Source: Felis catus
Lineage: Eukaryota
Assembly: GCF_018350175.1 (NCBI RefSeq)
Contig: NC_058373.1
Location: 99,884,001 to 99,948,000, forward strand
Direction of reading: 5' to 3'
Length of the DNA stretch: 64,000 bases
The notes under the pieces: generated by a model
Seen by the model: the letters and a program-made list of their open reading frames with translations, nothing else
The model's database searches: none
What the model was told of the DNA's origin: nothing
Position numbers and translations under genes: made by a program
In this document: piece by piece, positions 52,076-63,270 of the stretch
Layout: each line of letters opens with the position of its first letter
Position numbering within the stretch: position 1 is the first letter of the stretch

Positions 52076-55000
52076 TAAAGGAAATAGAAGCAGTACAGCA
52101 AACCCCAAACCCAGCAGAAGAAAAGAAATAATAAAGATCAGAGCAGAAATAAACAATATAGAATCTATAAAAAACCTATAGAGCAGATCAACAAAACCAA
52201 GAGCTGGTTTTTTGAAAAAATAAACAAAATTGACAAACCTCTAGCCAGGCTTCTCAAAAAGAAAAGGGAGAGGACCCAAATAGATAAAATCATGAATGCA
52301 AATGGAATTATTACAACCAATCCCTCAGAAATACAGCAATTATCAGGGAATACTATGAAAAACTATATGCCAACAAACTGGACAACCTGGAAGAAATGGA
52401 CAAATTCCTAAACAGCCACACACTTCCAAACCTCAAACAGGAAGAAATAGAAAACTTGAACAGACCCGTAACCAGCAAAGAAATTCAATCAGTTATCAAA
52501 ATCTCCCAACAAATAAGAGTCCAGGACCAGATGGCTACCCAGGGGAATTCTACCAGACATTTAAAGCAGAGATAATACCTATCCTTCTCAAGCTGTTCCA
52601 AAAAATAGAAAGGGAAGGAAAACTTCCAGACTCATTCTATGTAGCCAGCATTACTTTGATTTCAAACCAGACAGAGACCCAGCAAAAAAGGAGAACTACA
52701 GGCCAATAACCCTGATGAATATGAATGCAAAAATTCTCAATAAGATACTAGCAAATCGAATTCAACAGCATATAAAAAGAATTATTCACCATGATCAAGG
52801 GGGATTCATTCCCAGGCTGCAGGGTGGGGTGGTTCAACATATGCAAATCAGTCAATGTGATACATCACATTAATAAAAGAAAAGAACCATATGATCCTGT
52901 CAATCGATGCAGAAAAAGCATTTGACAAAATTCAGCATCCTCAATAAAAACCCTTGAGGAAGTCGGGATAGAAGAAACATACTTAAACATCATAAAAGCC
53001 ATTTATGAAAAGCCCACAGCTAACATCATCCTCAATGGGGAAAAACTGAAAGCTTTTTCCCTGAGATCAGGAACACGACAGGGATGTCCACTCTCACCGC
53101 TGTTGTTTAACATAGTGTTGGAAGTTCTAGCATCAGTGATCAGACAACAAAAGGAAATCAAAGGCCTCAAAATTGGCAAAGATGAAGTCAGGTTTTCACT
53201 TGTTGCAGATGACATGATATTATACATGGAAAACCCAATAGACTCCACCAAAAGTCTGCTAGAACTGATACATGAATTCAGCAAAGTTGCTGGATACAAA
53301 ATTAATGTACAGAAATCAGTTGCATTCTTATACACTAATAATGAAGCAACAGAAAGACAAATAAAGAAACTGATCCCATTCACAATTTCACCAAGAATCA
53401 TAAAATACCTAGGATTAAACCTAACCAAAGATGTAAAAGATCTGTATGCTGAAAACTATAGAAAGCTTATGAAGGAAATTGAAGAAGACACAAAGAAACG
53501 GAAAAACATTCCATGCTCATGGATTGGAAGAATAAGTATTGTTAAAATGTCAATACAATCTACACAAAGCAATCTACACATTCAATGCAATCCCAATCAA
53601 AATTGCACCAGCATTCTTCTCAAAGCTAGAACAAGCAATCCTAAAATTCATATGGAACCACAAAAGACCCCAAATAGCCAAAATGATATTGAAGAAGAAG
53701 ACCAAAGCAGGAGGCATCACAATCCCAGACTTTAGCCTCTACTACAAAGGTGTAATCATCAAGACAGCATGGTATTGGCACAAAAAGAGACACATAGACC
53801 AATGGAATAGAATAGAGAACCCAGAATTGGATCCACAAAAGTGTGGCCAACTAATCTTTGACAAAGCAGGAAAGAATATCCAATAAAAAGACAGTCTCTG
53901 TAACAAATGGTGCTGGGAGAACTGGACAGCAACATGAAGAAGAATGAAACTAGTCCACTTTCTTACACCATTCACAAAAATAAACTCAAAATGGAAAAAG
54001 GACATGAATGTGAGACAGGAAACCATCAAAACCCTAGAGGAGAAAGCAGGAAGGAACCTCTCTGACCTCAGCTGCAGCAATTTCTTACTTGACACATCCC
54101 CAAAGGCAAGGGAATTAAAAGCAAAAATGAACTATAGGGACCTCATCAAGATAAAAAGTTTCTGCATTGCAAAGGAAACAATCACCAAAACTGAAAGGCA
54201 ATGGACAGAATGGGAAAAGATATTTGCAAATGACATATCAGATAGAGGCTAGTATCCAAAATCTATAAAGAACTCACCAAACTCCACACCTGAAAAACAA
54301 ATAATCCAGTGAAGGGGCAGAAAACATGAATAGACACTTCTCTAAAGAAGACATCCAGATGGCCAACAGGCACAAGAATAGATGCTCAACATCACTCCTC
54401 ATCAGGGAAATACAAATCAAAACCACCTCATGCCAGTCAGAGTGGCCAAAATGAACAAATCAAGAGACTAAAGATGCTGGAGAGGATGTGGAGAAACGGG
54501 AACCTCTTGCACTGTTGGTGGGAATGCAAATTGGTGCAGCCGCTCTGGAAAGCAGTGTTGAGTTTTCTCAAAAAATTAAAAATAGACCTACCCTATGACC
54601 CAGCAATTGCACTAGTAGGTATTTTTCCAAGGGATACAGGAGTGCTGATGTACAGAGGCACTTGTACCCCAATGTTTACAGCAGCACTTTCAACAATAGC
54701 CAAATTATGGAAAGAGCCTAAATATCCATCAACTAATGAATGGATAAAGAAATTATGGTTTATATATACAATGGAGTACTACATGGCTATGAGAAAGAAT
54801 GAAATATGGTCTTCTGTAGCAATGTGGATGGAACTGGAGAGTGTTTTGCTAAGTGAAATAAGTCATACAGAGAAAGACAGATACCATATGTTTTCACTCT
54901 TATGTGGATCCTGAGAAACTTAAAAGATCATGGAGGATGGGAACGGGAAAAAAAAAAGTTAGGGAGGGAGCCAAAGCATAAGAGACTCTTAAAAACAGAA

Positions 55001-55125
55001 TAAACTGAGGGTTGATAGGTGGTGGGAGGGAGGGGAAAGAGGGTGATGGGCAGTGAGGAGGGCACCTGTTGGGATGAGCACTGGGTGTTGTATGGAAACC
55101 AATTTAAAAATGAATTTCATATTAA
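52076..55125 (+). mobile_element. second tandem L1 3' half (ORF2 from just after the endonuclease, plus 3' UTR)
   Basis: Begins ctaaaggaaatagaagcag, homologous to 48977, and is colinear with 48977-52055. ORFs at 53103, 53539, 53944 and 54474. Confidence 0.95.
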
Positions 55126-55138
55126 AAACACATTTTTA

Positions 55139-55351
55139 GGGGCACCTGGGTGGCTCAGTTGGTTGAGTGTCTGACTTGAGCTCAGGTCATGATCTCACGG
55201 TCCATGAGTTCAAGCCCCACATCAGATACTGTGCTGACAGCTCAGAGCCTGGAAACTGCTTCAGTTTTTCTGTCTCCCTCTCTCTCTGCCCCTCTCCCAA
55301 GGCACTCTATTTGTCTCTCTCTCAAACATTAAAAAAATTAAAAAAAAAAAA
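55139..55351 (+). mobile_element. Can-SINE (right member of the block)
   Basis: Full SINE followed by ttttaagatgcccagctttcct. Confidence 0.94.
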
Positions 55352-55740
55352 TTTTAAGATGCCCAGCTTTCCTGAAACATCACATTCCACATTATGGAAA
55401 ATAGTGTTTTAATGTGAGATACCTACAAAGATAATTACCCTGGGGGAAATTTGTCTTAAGCAGTAGACTGTCAGTGAATTCTTCATAGAAAAAAATGTAC
55501 ACTGCCTCATTCTTCTAATTTTTCATATAAATTAAAAATGAACTTTTCATGTAATGCATTTGAACAATGGATAATGTGTAGATATGTGAACTGTGTTCAC
55601 AGACATTAAATGTACACTCACACTCCTTCTCTCTCAACATAAATAAAAATACAGAAAAAAGAAAGGAAGAAAAATGCCAAAGTATCACAATGTTTATTTT
55701 TCTGTATTTGCCAAATTTTCCTCAATGGACATCAATTAAT

Positions 55741-55932
55741 TTTTTTTTTTTTTTAGTTTGTTTATTTTTAGAGAGACAGCGCACAAATGAGATAGGGGCA
55801 GAGAGAGAGAGAATTCCAAGTAGACTCCACACTGTCAGCACAGAGCTCGATGCCAGGCTCAGTCTCACAAACCATGAGATCATGACTTGAACCAAAGCCA
55901 GACACTTAGCCCGTTGAGACATGCAGGGACCC
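55741..55932 (-). mobile_element. Can-SINE (diverged)
   Basis: Poly-T, (GA)n and ctccacactgtcagcacagagc...ccatgagatcatgac. Confidence 0.88.
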
Positions 55933-56051
55933 AAATTAGTTTAAAAATGAGAAAAATTACTACGTCTCAAAATCTGCATGACATGAAAGCAAAGGCAACA
56001 AAAGTAAAATAAATAAGTGGGACTACATCCAATTAAAAAGCTTCTGCATAT

Positions 56052-56175
56052 GGGTACCTGGATGGCTCAGTCGATTGAGCTTCTGACACCTGATTTGGGC
56101 TCAGGTCATGATCCCAGGGTCAAGGGATTGAGTGCCAAGTCAGGCTTTGTGCTGATCATGGAGCCTGCTTAAGAT

Positions 56176-56226
<51 letters not shown>

Positions 56227-56250
56227 TTCCCCCACTCGCTCATTCTCAAA
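56052..56250 (+). mobile_element. Can-SINE nested in L1
   Basis: gggtacctggatggctcagtcgattgagc head and a long (CT)n. Confidence 0.9.
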
Positions 56251-57228
56251 ATCTTCTATAGACAAAGGAAACCATCAACTAAAATAAAAGGTAAACTTTG
56301 GAACGAGAGAAAATATTTGCAAATCACATATGTGGTAAGGGGTGAATATCTAAATGAGGGAAGAACTCACATAACAACAGCAAAAAACACCAATAATCCA
56401 ATTAAAAATGGGCAGAGGAACTGAATAGACATTTTTACAAAGAAGACATAAAGATGGCCAAAAGGTACATGAAAAGATGTTCAAGATGAGTAATATTAAG
56501 GAAATTCAAACCAAAACCACAATGAGATATCACCTCAAACCTGTTAATATGGCTGGTATCAAAAAAGGCAAATGATAACAAGTATTGTTGAGGATGTGAA
56601 CAAAAGGGAACCTTCAAGAACTGGTGGTAGGAATGTATATTGGTGCAACCACTGTTGAAAACAGAGGAGGTTCCTCAAAAGATTGAAAATAGAACTACCA
56701 TATGACTTAGCAATTCTACTTCTGGGTATGTAGCCAAAGGATATAAAAACAAGACAGTAAAGAAATGCATGCATTCCCATGCTTATTGCAGCATTATTTG
56801 CAACAGCCAAGATACAGAAACAAACTAAGTGTCTGTCAACAAATGAATGGATAAAGATGGAATATTATTCAGCCATGAAAAAGAAGGAAATCCTGCCATT
56901 TGCTACAACATGGATGGACTCAGGGCATTCCACCAAGTGAAATAAGGCAGACATAGAAAGACAAATACTTCTACATGAAAAGTCTAAAAAAGTCAAACTC
57001 ACAGAAACAGAAGAAAAGTGGTTGCTGGGGACTGGGGGTTGGGAGAAATAGGAAGAGGATGGGAAAAGGAACAAACTCGCAGTTACAAGATGAATAAGGT
57101 CTGATGATCTCATGTATAAATGGTGACTACAGTTGGTAATACTATATAGTTGAAATTTGCTAAGACAACAGAACTTAAATCTTAGTCCCCCTCCCCCCGA
57201 AAATTAAACATATATATACATTTTTAAA

Positions 57229-57743
57229 GTCCCCTGCAATTACCACATTCTTATCAATAAGGTTGCTTATGTTTGTGAGTAATTGCTTTATATATTTGGG
57301 GGCTCCTGTATTCGGCGCATAGACATTTATAATTGTTAGCTCTTCCTGATGGATAGACCCTGTAATTATTATATAACGCCCTTCTTCATCTCTGGTTACA
57401 GCCTTTAATTTAAAGTCTAGTTTGTCTGATATAAGTATGGCTACTCCAGCTTTCTTTTGACTTCCAGTAGCATGATAGATAGTTCTCCATCCCCTCACTT
57501 TCAATCTGAAGGTGTCCTCAGGTCTAAAATGAGTCTCTTGTAGACAGCAAATAGATGGGTCTTGTTTTTTTTATCCATTCTGACACCCTATGTCTTTTGG
57601 TTGGCGTATTTAGTCCATTTACATTCAGTGTTATTATAGAAAGATATGGGTTTAGAGTCATTGTGATGTCTGTATGTTTTATGCTTGTAGCGATGTCTCT
57701 GGTACTTTGTCTCACAGGATCCTCCTTAGGATCTCTTGTAGGG
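57229..57743 (-). mobile_element. internal felid L1 fragment (ORF1 end, spacer, ORF2 endonuclease start) with no 3' UTR or poly(A)
   Basis: ORF 57175..57504 (KVRGWRTIYHATGSQKKAGVAILISDK...AGDF), homologous to about 47925-48455. Flanked by identical catatatatacatttttaaa at 57209-57228 and 57744-57763. Confidence 0.93.
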
Positions 57744-58102
57744 CATATATATACATTTTTAAATGTCTGATGTAATGAATATGTTACTTAGATGGAGGAA
57801 TCCTTTCAAAATATATACATGTATCGAATCACCACAATGTACACTTTAAATATCCTAAAATTTTGTCAATTACACCTCAATGGATCTGAAGAAAAAAATA
57901 CCAGTCAACAAAATAAAATTCATCGTAGAAAAGAATTCAATCTAAAACAAGGTCATCTTTTAGTTACTAAAATATCCTGATAATATATACACTGGTCCCA
58001 TATTAACTCCAAAGGTACAGTTAGAGAGTTTCATTTCCTAATGAAAATGTAGTAGTTACAATTTCTTACCTTTTGCATATTAAAAAATAAAAATATACTT
58101 AC

Positions 58103-58263
58103 AGATTTAACCAGCAAGGGGTAAGTGAATCCAAGTGTTTCTCTTTTACCAGCGTCAATATTGCTTTTGTATACTGAGGATTTATGCTGCCATCGCTGAA
58201 TAAAATAAGTAATGGTTTCTGAAGTCTTAAATAGACGGGAAGGTTTTCCACAGTTATTTCTGG
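58103..58263 (-). CDS. TXNDC16: TXNDC16 internal coding exon (161 nt)
   Basis: Poly-T tract and aatag|CCA GAA ... AAT CT|gtaagt. Translates [53 protein letters not shown] plus 2 nt. Not in the supplied ORF track; found by hand translation. Confidence 0.95.
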
Positions 58264-58431
58264 CTATTAAAAAAAAAAAGAAAAAAAAACATGGAAAATG
58301 ATGAGGCATAAAATAGAAAATAATGTTCAGATCAATCATGCAAGTTTAGTCTATAAAATGTAATTAAAACATTTTAAGTGGAGATTTTGCTTTACTGACT
58401 AAACCTGTGACTGTCAAGAGCTTTTCATTTT

Positions 58432-58661
58432 TTTACAATTTTTAAAAATGTTTATCTTTGGGAGAGACTGACAGAGAGAAAGGGAGGGAGAAAGCGGGGT
58501 AGGAGCAGAGAGAGAGAGACACAGACACACAGAATCTGAAGCAGTCTCCAGGCTCTGAGCTGTCGGCACAGAGCCTGACGCAGGGCTCAAACCCACAAAC
58601 CACCAGATCATAACCTGAGCCAAAGTCGGACGCTTAACCGACTGAGTCACCCAGGCACCCC
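58432..58661 (-). mobile_element. Can-SINE
   Basis: TSD tcaagagctttt(c/t)attt. Confidence 0.94.
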
Positions 58662-59007
58662 TCAAGAGCTTTTTATTTAAGCCCACTTTATCTTAATGAG
58701 CTATTTAAAAAAAAAAAAAAAAAGTGCTAATTTCAAAATAACTTAAACTCCCTGTTTTACAAGGATGTAACACTTCTAATAACTTCTTATGCTAAAATCT
58801 GGACCAGATTAGCCAACATGTGACATATGAGAAACAAAACTATTATTGTATCTAACATAAAATTTTTGAAAAAAGAAATGCTGATATTTAAAGATATCTT
58901 TCAACATCTGTGATTCCTTAAAAATCTTATTTTGTTTCAATATTATACATTTTAGTGTAATTAATATTATAAAAAACATGTTTAAACAAATAAAAATATC
59001 AGTCTCA

Positions 59008-59026
59008 TTTCTTTTTTTTTTTTTCT

Positions 59027-59057
<31 letters not shown>
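59008..59057. repeat. interrupted poly-T tract
   Basis: Directly visible. Confidence 0.9.
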
Positions 59058-59404
59058 GGTTTAAGCTAAATACCAGGCTCTGGTATGTAGTTTTCCTTAT
59101 TTAGTTCTCAGAGCCACTTTCCTCTGTCAATTCTCATTTTTCTTCTAATTCTTTCTCTTACACACTCAAAATCCTCTTCTTATACGTTCCTCTTTCATGA
59201 CTTAGATCTTAGATCCTCTCTTCTCCAAATTTCCCTATGTTGTCTTCTTATATTAACTATTATCTTTCATCATCTTTCATCTTCTATATGAGTTCCATCC
59301 CCTTCATAAAACTGACACATCTCATCAGGCAAGCAGATCTCCTCACTCTGAACAGATTTGAAACATTAAGGGAGATAGAGCCACCTGAACTACAAAGCTC
59401 AAGA

Positions 59405-60240
59405 TATGATGCTGGATACTGAATCAAAAAGAACCAAGATACTTTACTTTCCCTGCTCTCAAAGAGCTCATACTTTAGAGGAGGAGACAGGTACACAAAC
59501 TGCTATGATCCAAGAAAGAATTAACGTATGACAATAAAATTAAGCTAAGAAAACAAAGTAGGGAAGCTCATGGATGATTTCAGAAGTGATATTTGATCTG
59601 GTCTTGGGCAAAAACCAAGATCTTGACAGAATAAGGTATGTGCCAGAGCCAGGATTCCAGATATAGGGAGCATTGTGGGGACAGGCAGAGAGGTGTGAAG
59701 GGACACGCGCCATCTGGTAACAGTAGGAGTGAAGCATGCCAGACTTAGGCATGCAAGAGGCAAATGTGGCCGTAAGACCAGATGGTAAAATGTCTTGGTA
59801 GGTTTTCTAACTCCCAGGAATACTGAGAAGATCTGGAATCAAATGAGTGACATGGTTAGGTCTGTTTTAGAAAGATGACTAACTAGAATACACATTTGTG
59901 AAAAGACACACAGGTGACACATTTCAGGGAAGAAAGACCAAGAGTTCTGTGGGTTTAGGAGAAAAGATCAGAAACTTCAATTTTAGAATCATCAGCTGGT
60001 ATAATGATAGTAGAAATTATGGGCATGGATAAAATTTCCTAAAGAAAAAACAGCGGAAGAAGAAAAAGGGGTTGAAGATGTAATTCCAGAGTGGCCAGAG
60101 GGTTGAAGGAGGTATCTGGAATTGCAAAAGCCAGAAGAATAGAGAATTTTGAGAAGGAAAAGCATTGTCAATGGTTTTGGTTGCTACTTACAGGAAAGGT
60201 CATCAAACATGGTAACTGGAAGGTGTCCTTTGGCTATTTG
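59405..60240 (-). mobile_element. L2 remnants
   Basis: ccctgctctcaaagagctcatactttagagg, gaagtgatatttgatctggtcttg and gagtgacatggttaggtctgttttagaaagatgact are antisense L2 motifs. Confidence 0.6.
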
Positions 60241-61212
60241 AGTATACAAGAGGCTGTAACTTATGCATAATAAAACCATAAAAAAGGAACTCAATGTATC
60301 TGAGAAAAGGGCTAGAACTATTTGTTCAGAAGGATGTTTAAATGTGACAGCCTTGGATAGATCATTGCTCATGTAGTTAATTATCATGTTTTTCAGATTT
60401 GGGCATATTTCCCTGGCCTAATTTGTCATCAGGTTCATCATGCCATATAAAAAATGTTTACTGTCTGGCCATCCAGTCCTCTTCCCTGTCCAGATGAAGA
60501 AACCAAAGTCTTTCTAGTACTTCAGTGCAGGCCAGGAGATGAGCTTGCAGCTGGCTGGCTGCTACATACTCTCATTTAAATCTCCCAACACAGAGAAGCT
60601 TTAAGAAATGTAACAACCACTTGAGGGTTTTAGAATTTATGGAAAGGTCATAAACTAAAAGCAAAACAATTTTTATTATAGCTGTTCAGTTTTTAGTTGA
60701 ATGCTGCAAACCAAAACATTGTAAACTGAAATACTGCCACAATGCTTATCACATGTGCCTTAAAAATAAACAGATTCTGATAGTTGTTAAGTTTGCCCAA
60801 ACTTTCTCAGCCATAAAGCATATAATCTTAACAAAAAAATAGATACCAATTTTTATATATTACGCAAAGATGAAAGAGTAAAATGTTCAAATTTCCTCTT
60901 GTACAAAATAGGAATAAGTATTAGCAGCCTTAAACATATACACGCCCTCTGGACTAGCAATTCAAATTCTGTGAATTTACCATGATTATGTAATCATGGA
61001 AACACCCAAAGATTATCCTCAAGGTTGGTCCCTGAGTAAAACAAAACTAAAGACAAATATTCAACAACAGGAAATTAAACAAATTGTGGTTTTTTAGTAC
61101 AACAGAATATTATGTAGATACTAAAAAAACATTACGTGTGTGTCTTCATTTCTTGATGGAAATATCTCTTAAGATAAAAAGACAATCACATGTATACACA
61201 TGGGATTTTTTT

Positions 61213-61443
61213 TTTTTTCTTTAAAAAAAAATTTTTTTTTTAACCTTTATTCATTTTTGGGACAGAGAGAGACAGAGCATGAACGGGGGAGGGGCAGAGA
61301 GAGGGGGAGACACAGAATCGGAAACAGGCTCCAGGCTCCGAGCCATCAGCCCAGAGCCTGACGCGGGGCTCGAACTCACGGACCGCGAGATCGTGACCTG
61401 GCTGAAGTCGGACGCTTAACCGACTGCGCCACCCAGGCGCCCC
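61213..61443 (-). mobile_element. young felid SINE (SINEC_Fc)
   Basis: CpG-rich with a long T tail. TSD acatgggatttttttt. Confidence 0.97.
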
Positions 61444-62064
61444 ACATGGGATTTTTTTTAAGTTTGGGAAAATATTTCCCCCAATTTTAAATTTGGTTAA
61501 AGAGGTTACAGTTGATTTCGATTTTCTTCTTTCATAGTTTTCTGTATTGTCTGGGAGAAAAAAGGTAAAGGCTTATAATAATTCCAAAAATATTACACTA
61601 TGTTTATGGCTAAATAAATATTCATTTAACAGGTCATTGAAGACAAAAATGTTACTTTAATAATTTGGAAAACTACATCATGAAAATACTAATGATTTGA
61701 CTAATTACATCCTGTAACTTGAATGGGGGAGGGAACAGAACCAATGCCACAAAAACACTTAATAAAGGCTACAGCCATTAATTTAACCTAAAATGTAATG
61801 TCATTTAGATTATCATGGCAAGAAACATAGTAACAGGAGGATGGTCATTATTTACTGCTGATTATAATGCGTATGTCACTTGAGAAATATAGAAAGGCAT
61901 AAACTTGTTACACTCTAGCTATGTTTAATATAAATGCGAAAACAAGTGAAATCAAGAAATGCACGTTAAAAGTGTTATGCCCTTGAATCCACTATTTTCA
62001 AAGGAAGCACTGGAAAAGGCCTTTCATAAGACACTACTTTGTTCTAAAACTGTATAAATAAGAA

Positions 62065-62295
62065 TCTTAGCTAACATTTGTTTAATGTTTACCAGTGGCC
62101 AAACACTACCCAAAACACTGTACACAGGTCTCATTTGGTTCTCATGATAAGTCTCTGCAGCAGGTACTACTACCAACTACATTTTGCACATGTGGAAAGT
62201 GAGGCACAGAGAAGTTAACAAAGAGCCAGTAAGGAAACAAGCAAGGATTTAAACTTAGGCAGTCTGACTCCCCAGAATCCATGTGCTCTATACCA
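62065..62295 (-). mobile_element. MIR
   Basis: cattttgcacatgtggaaagtgaggcacagagaagttaa...ggatttaaacttaggcagtctgactcc. Confidence 0.8.
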
Positions 62296-62575
62296 AGTTT
62301 CAGCTTAGATTGAGTACTTCCTTCAACTAGCCATCAGCTACACTAGTCTCCACAATAAAAAAAAATAATCCAAAAACATGTAAACTTTTGGCAGTGGACT
62401 ACAGAAGCTATATCATAATGAGTGAACAAAACAGAGCAACCCAATGAATTTTCAGCTCATAAAACATCATGCCCTCTGCCAAAAAAAGCTGGAAAATTGT
62501 GTATTAAAATATACTATTTTTAACTCTTCTAGATTCTCTATTTCAAATAATATCCTTATTATAAACTATACTCAC

Positions 62576-62714
62576 AAATGTCTCCAGTAATGCATTTGTC
62601 ACTATTTGAACTATGTCTTGCACACGGGAGTTAGCGAATGGAATGCTCTCTACTTTGCCCTCTTTGTGTCTGGCCAGCAGCAGAGCTGGAAGTGTTGCCC
62701 CATATTTATTTGAC
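62576..62714 (-). CDS. TXNDC16: TXNDC16 internal coding exon (139 nt; fourth from last)
   Basis: Minus strand reads tttctccacag|G TCA AAT ... ACA TTT|gtgagt. Translates [46 protein letters not shown], matching the recalled human TXNDC16 segment [25 protein letters not shown]...ITDALLEMF. Ends in phase 0, compatible with the next exon. Confidence 0.95.
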
Positions 62715-63064
62715 CTGTGGAGAAACGCAGTATTAATATTTCCAATAAAATATAGCAAGTCATCAAAAACAAATAATTACACCAAGAGGTCAGATTGGGA
62801 GGCAGCAAATGAGAAGCCCTACTACTAAGGAAGAAATGAACTCAATTTGCAGGCAAATTTATCTTCTTTGTGAGGCCGTCTGAAGAAATTTAGGAGCCTT
62901 GACAACCTAGATTAAAAGAAAGCAACAGATAATAATCTAGACAGATTCTTTTTTTTTTTCTAGACAACTTACTCATCAAGAAAATGTCTAAATAGGATTA
63001 GGAACATACTGAATGGTTCTCAATCTTTTTGGACTGCTCACCATACTGCTACGCAAGGAGACAA

Positions 63065-63270
63065 GCATTTATTAGAAACTTACTATTTGCCAGGCACTCT
63101 TTTAGATGCCTTTAGTTTTCACTTAACCCCAGAACAGCCCTATAATGTATGCCACTATCACCCCCATTTTATAGATGAGGAAACCAGGACTCAGAGAGTG
63201 ATAAATGGCAGAGACAGGATTCAAACTGAGGTGCCCCAGATATAAACTCTATGCTCTCTCCACTGTAACA
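63065..63270 (-). mobile_element. MIR
   Basis: cccattttatagatgaggaaaccaggactcagagag...ggcagagacaggattcaaac. Confidence 0.8.

Larger units (their letters stand above)
55975..57897 (+). mobile_element. older L1 (L1MA-like) 3' end, interrupted by a SINE and an L1 fragment
   Basis: gggactacatccaattaaaaagcttctgc, ggaaatcctgccatttgctacaacatggatgg and tgtacactttaaatat...ttttgtcaattacacctcaat. Confidence 0.85.

Noticed and set aside
49908..54095. Paired antisense ORFs (49908/53003 and 50643/53742) suggesting a duplicated gene
   Set aside because: They are the opposite-strand frames of the two tandem L1 ORF2 copies.
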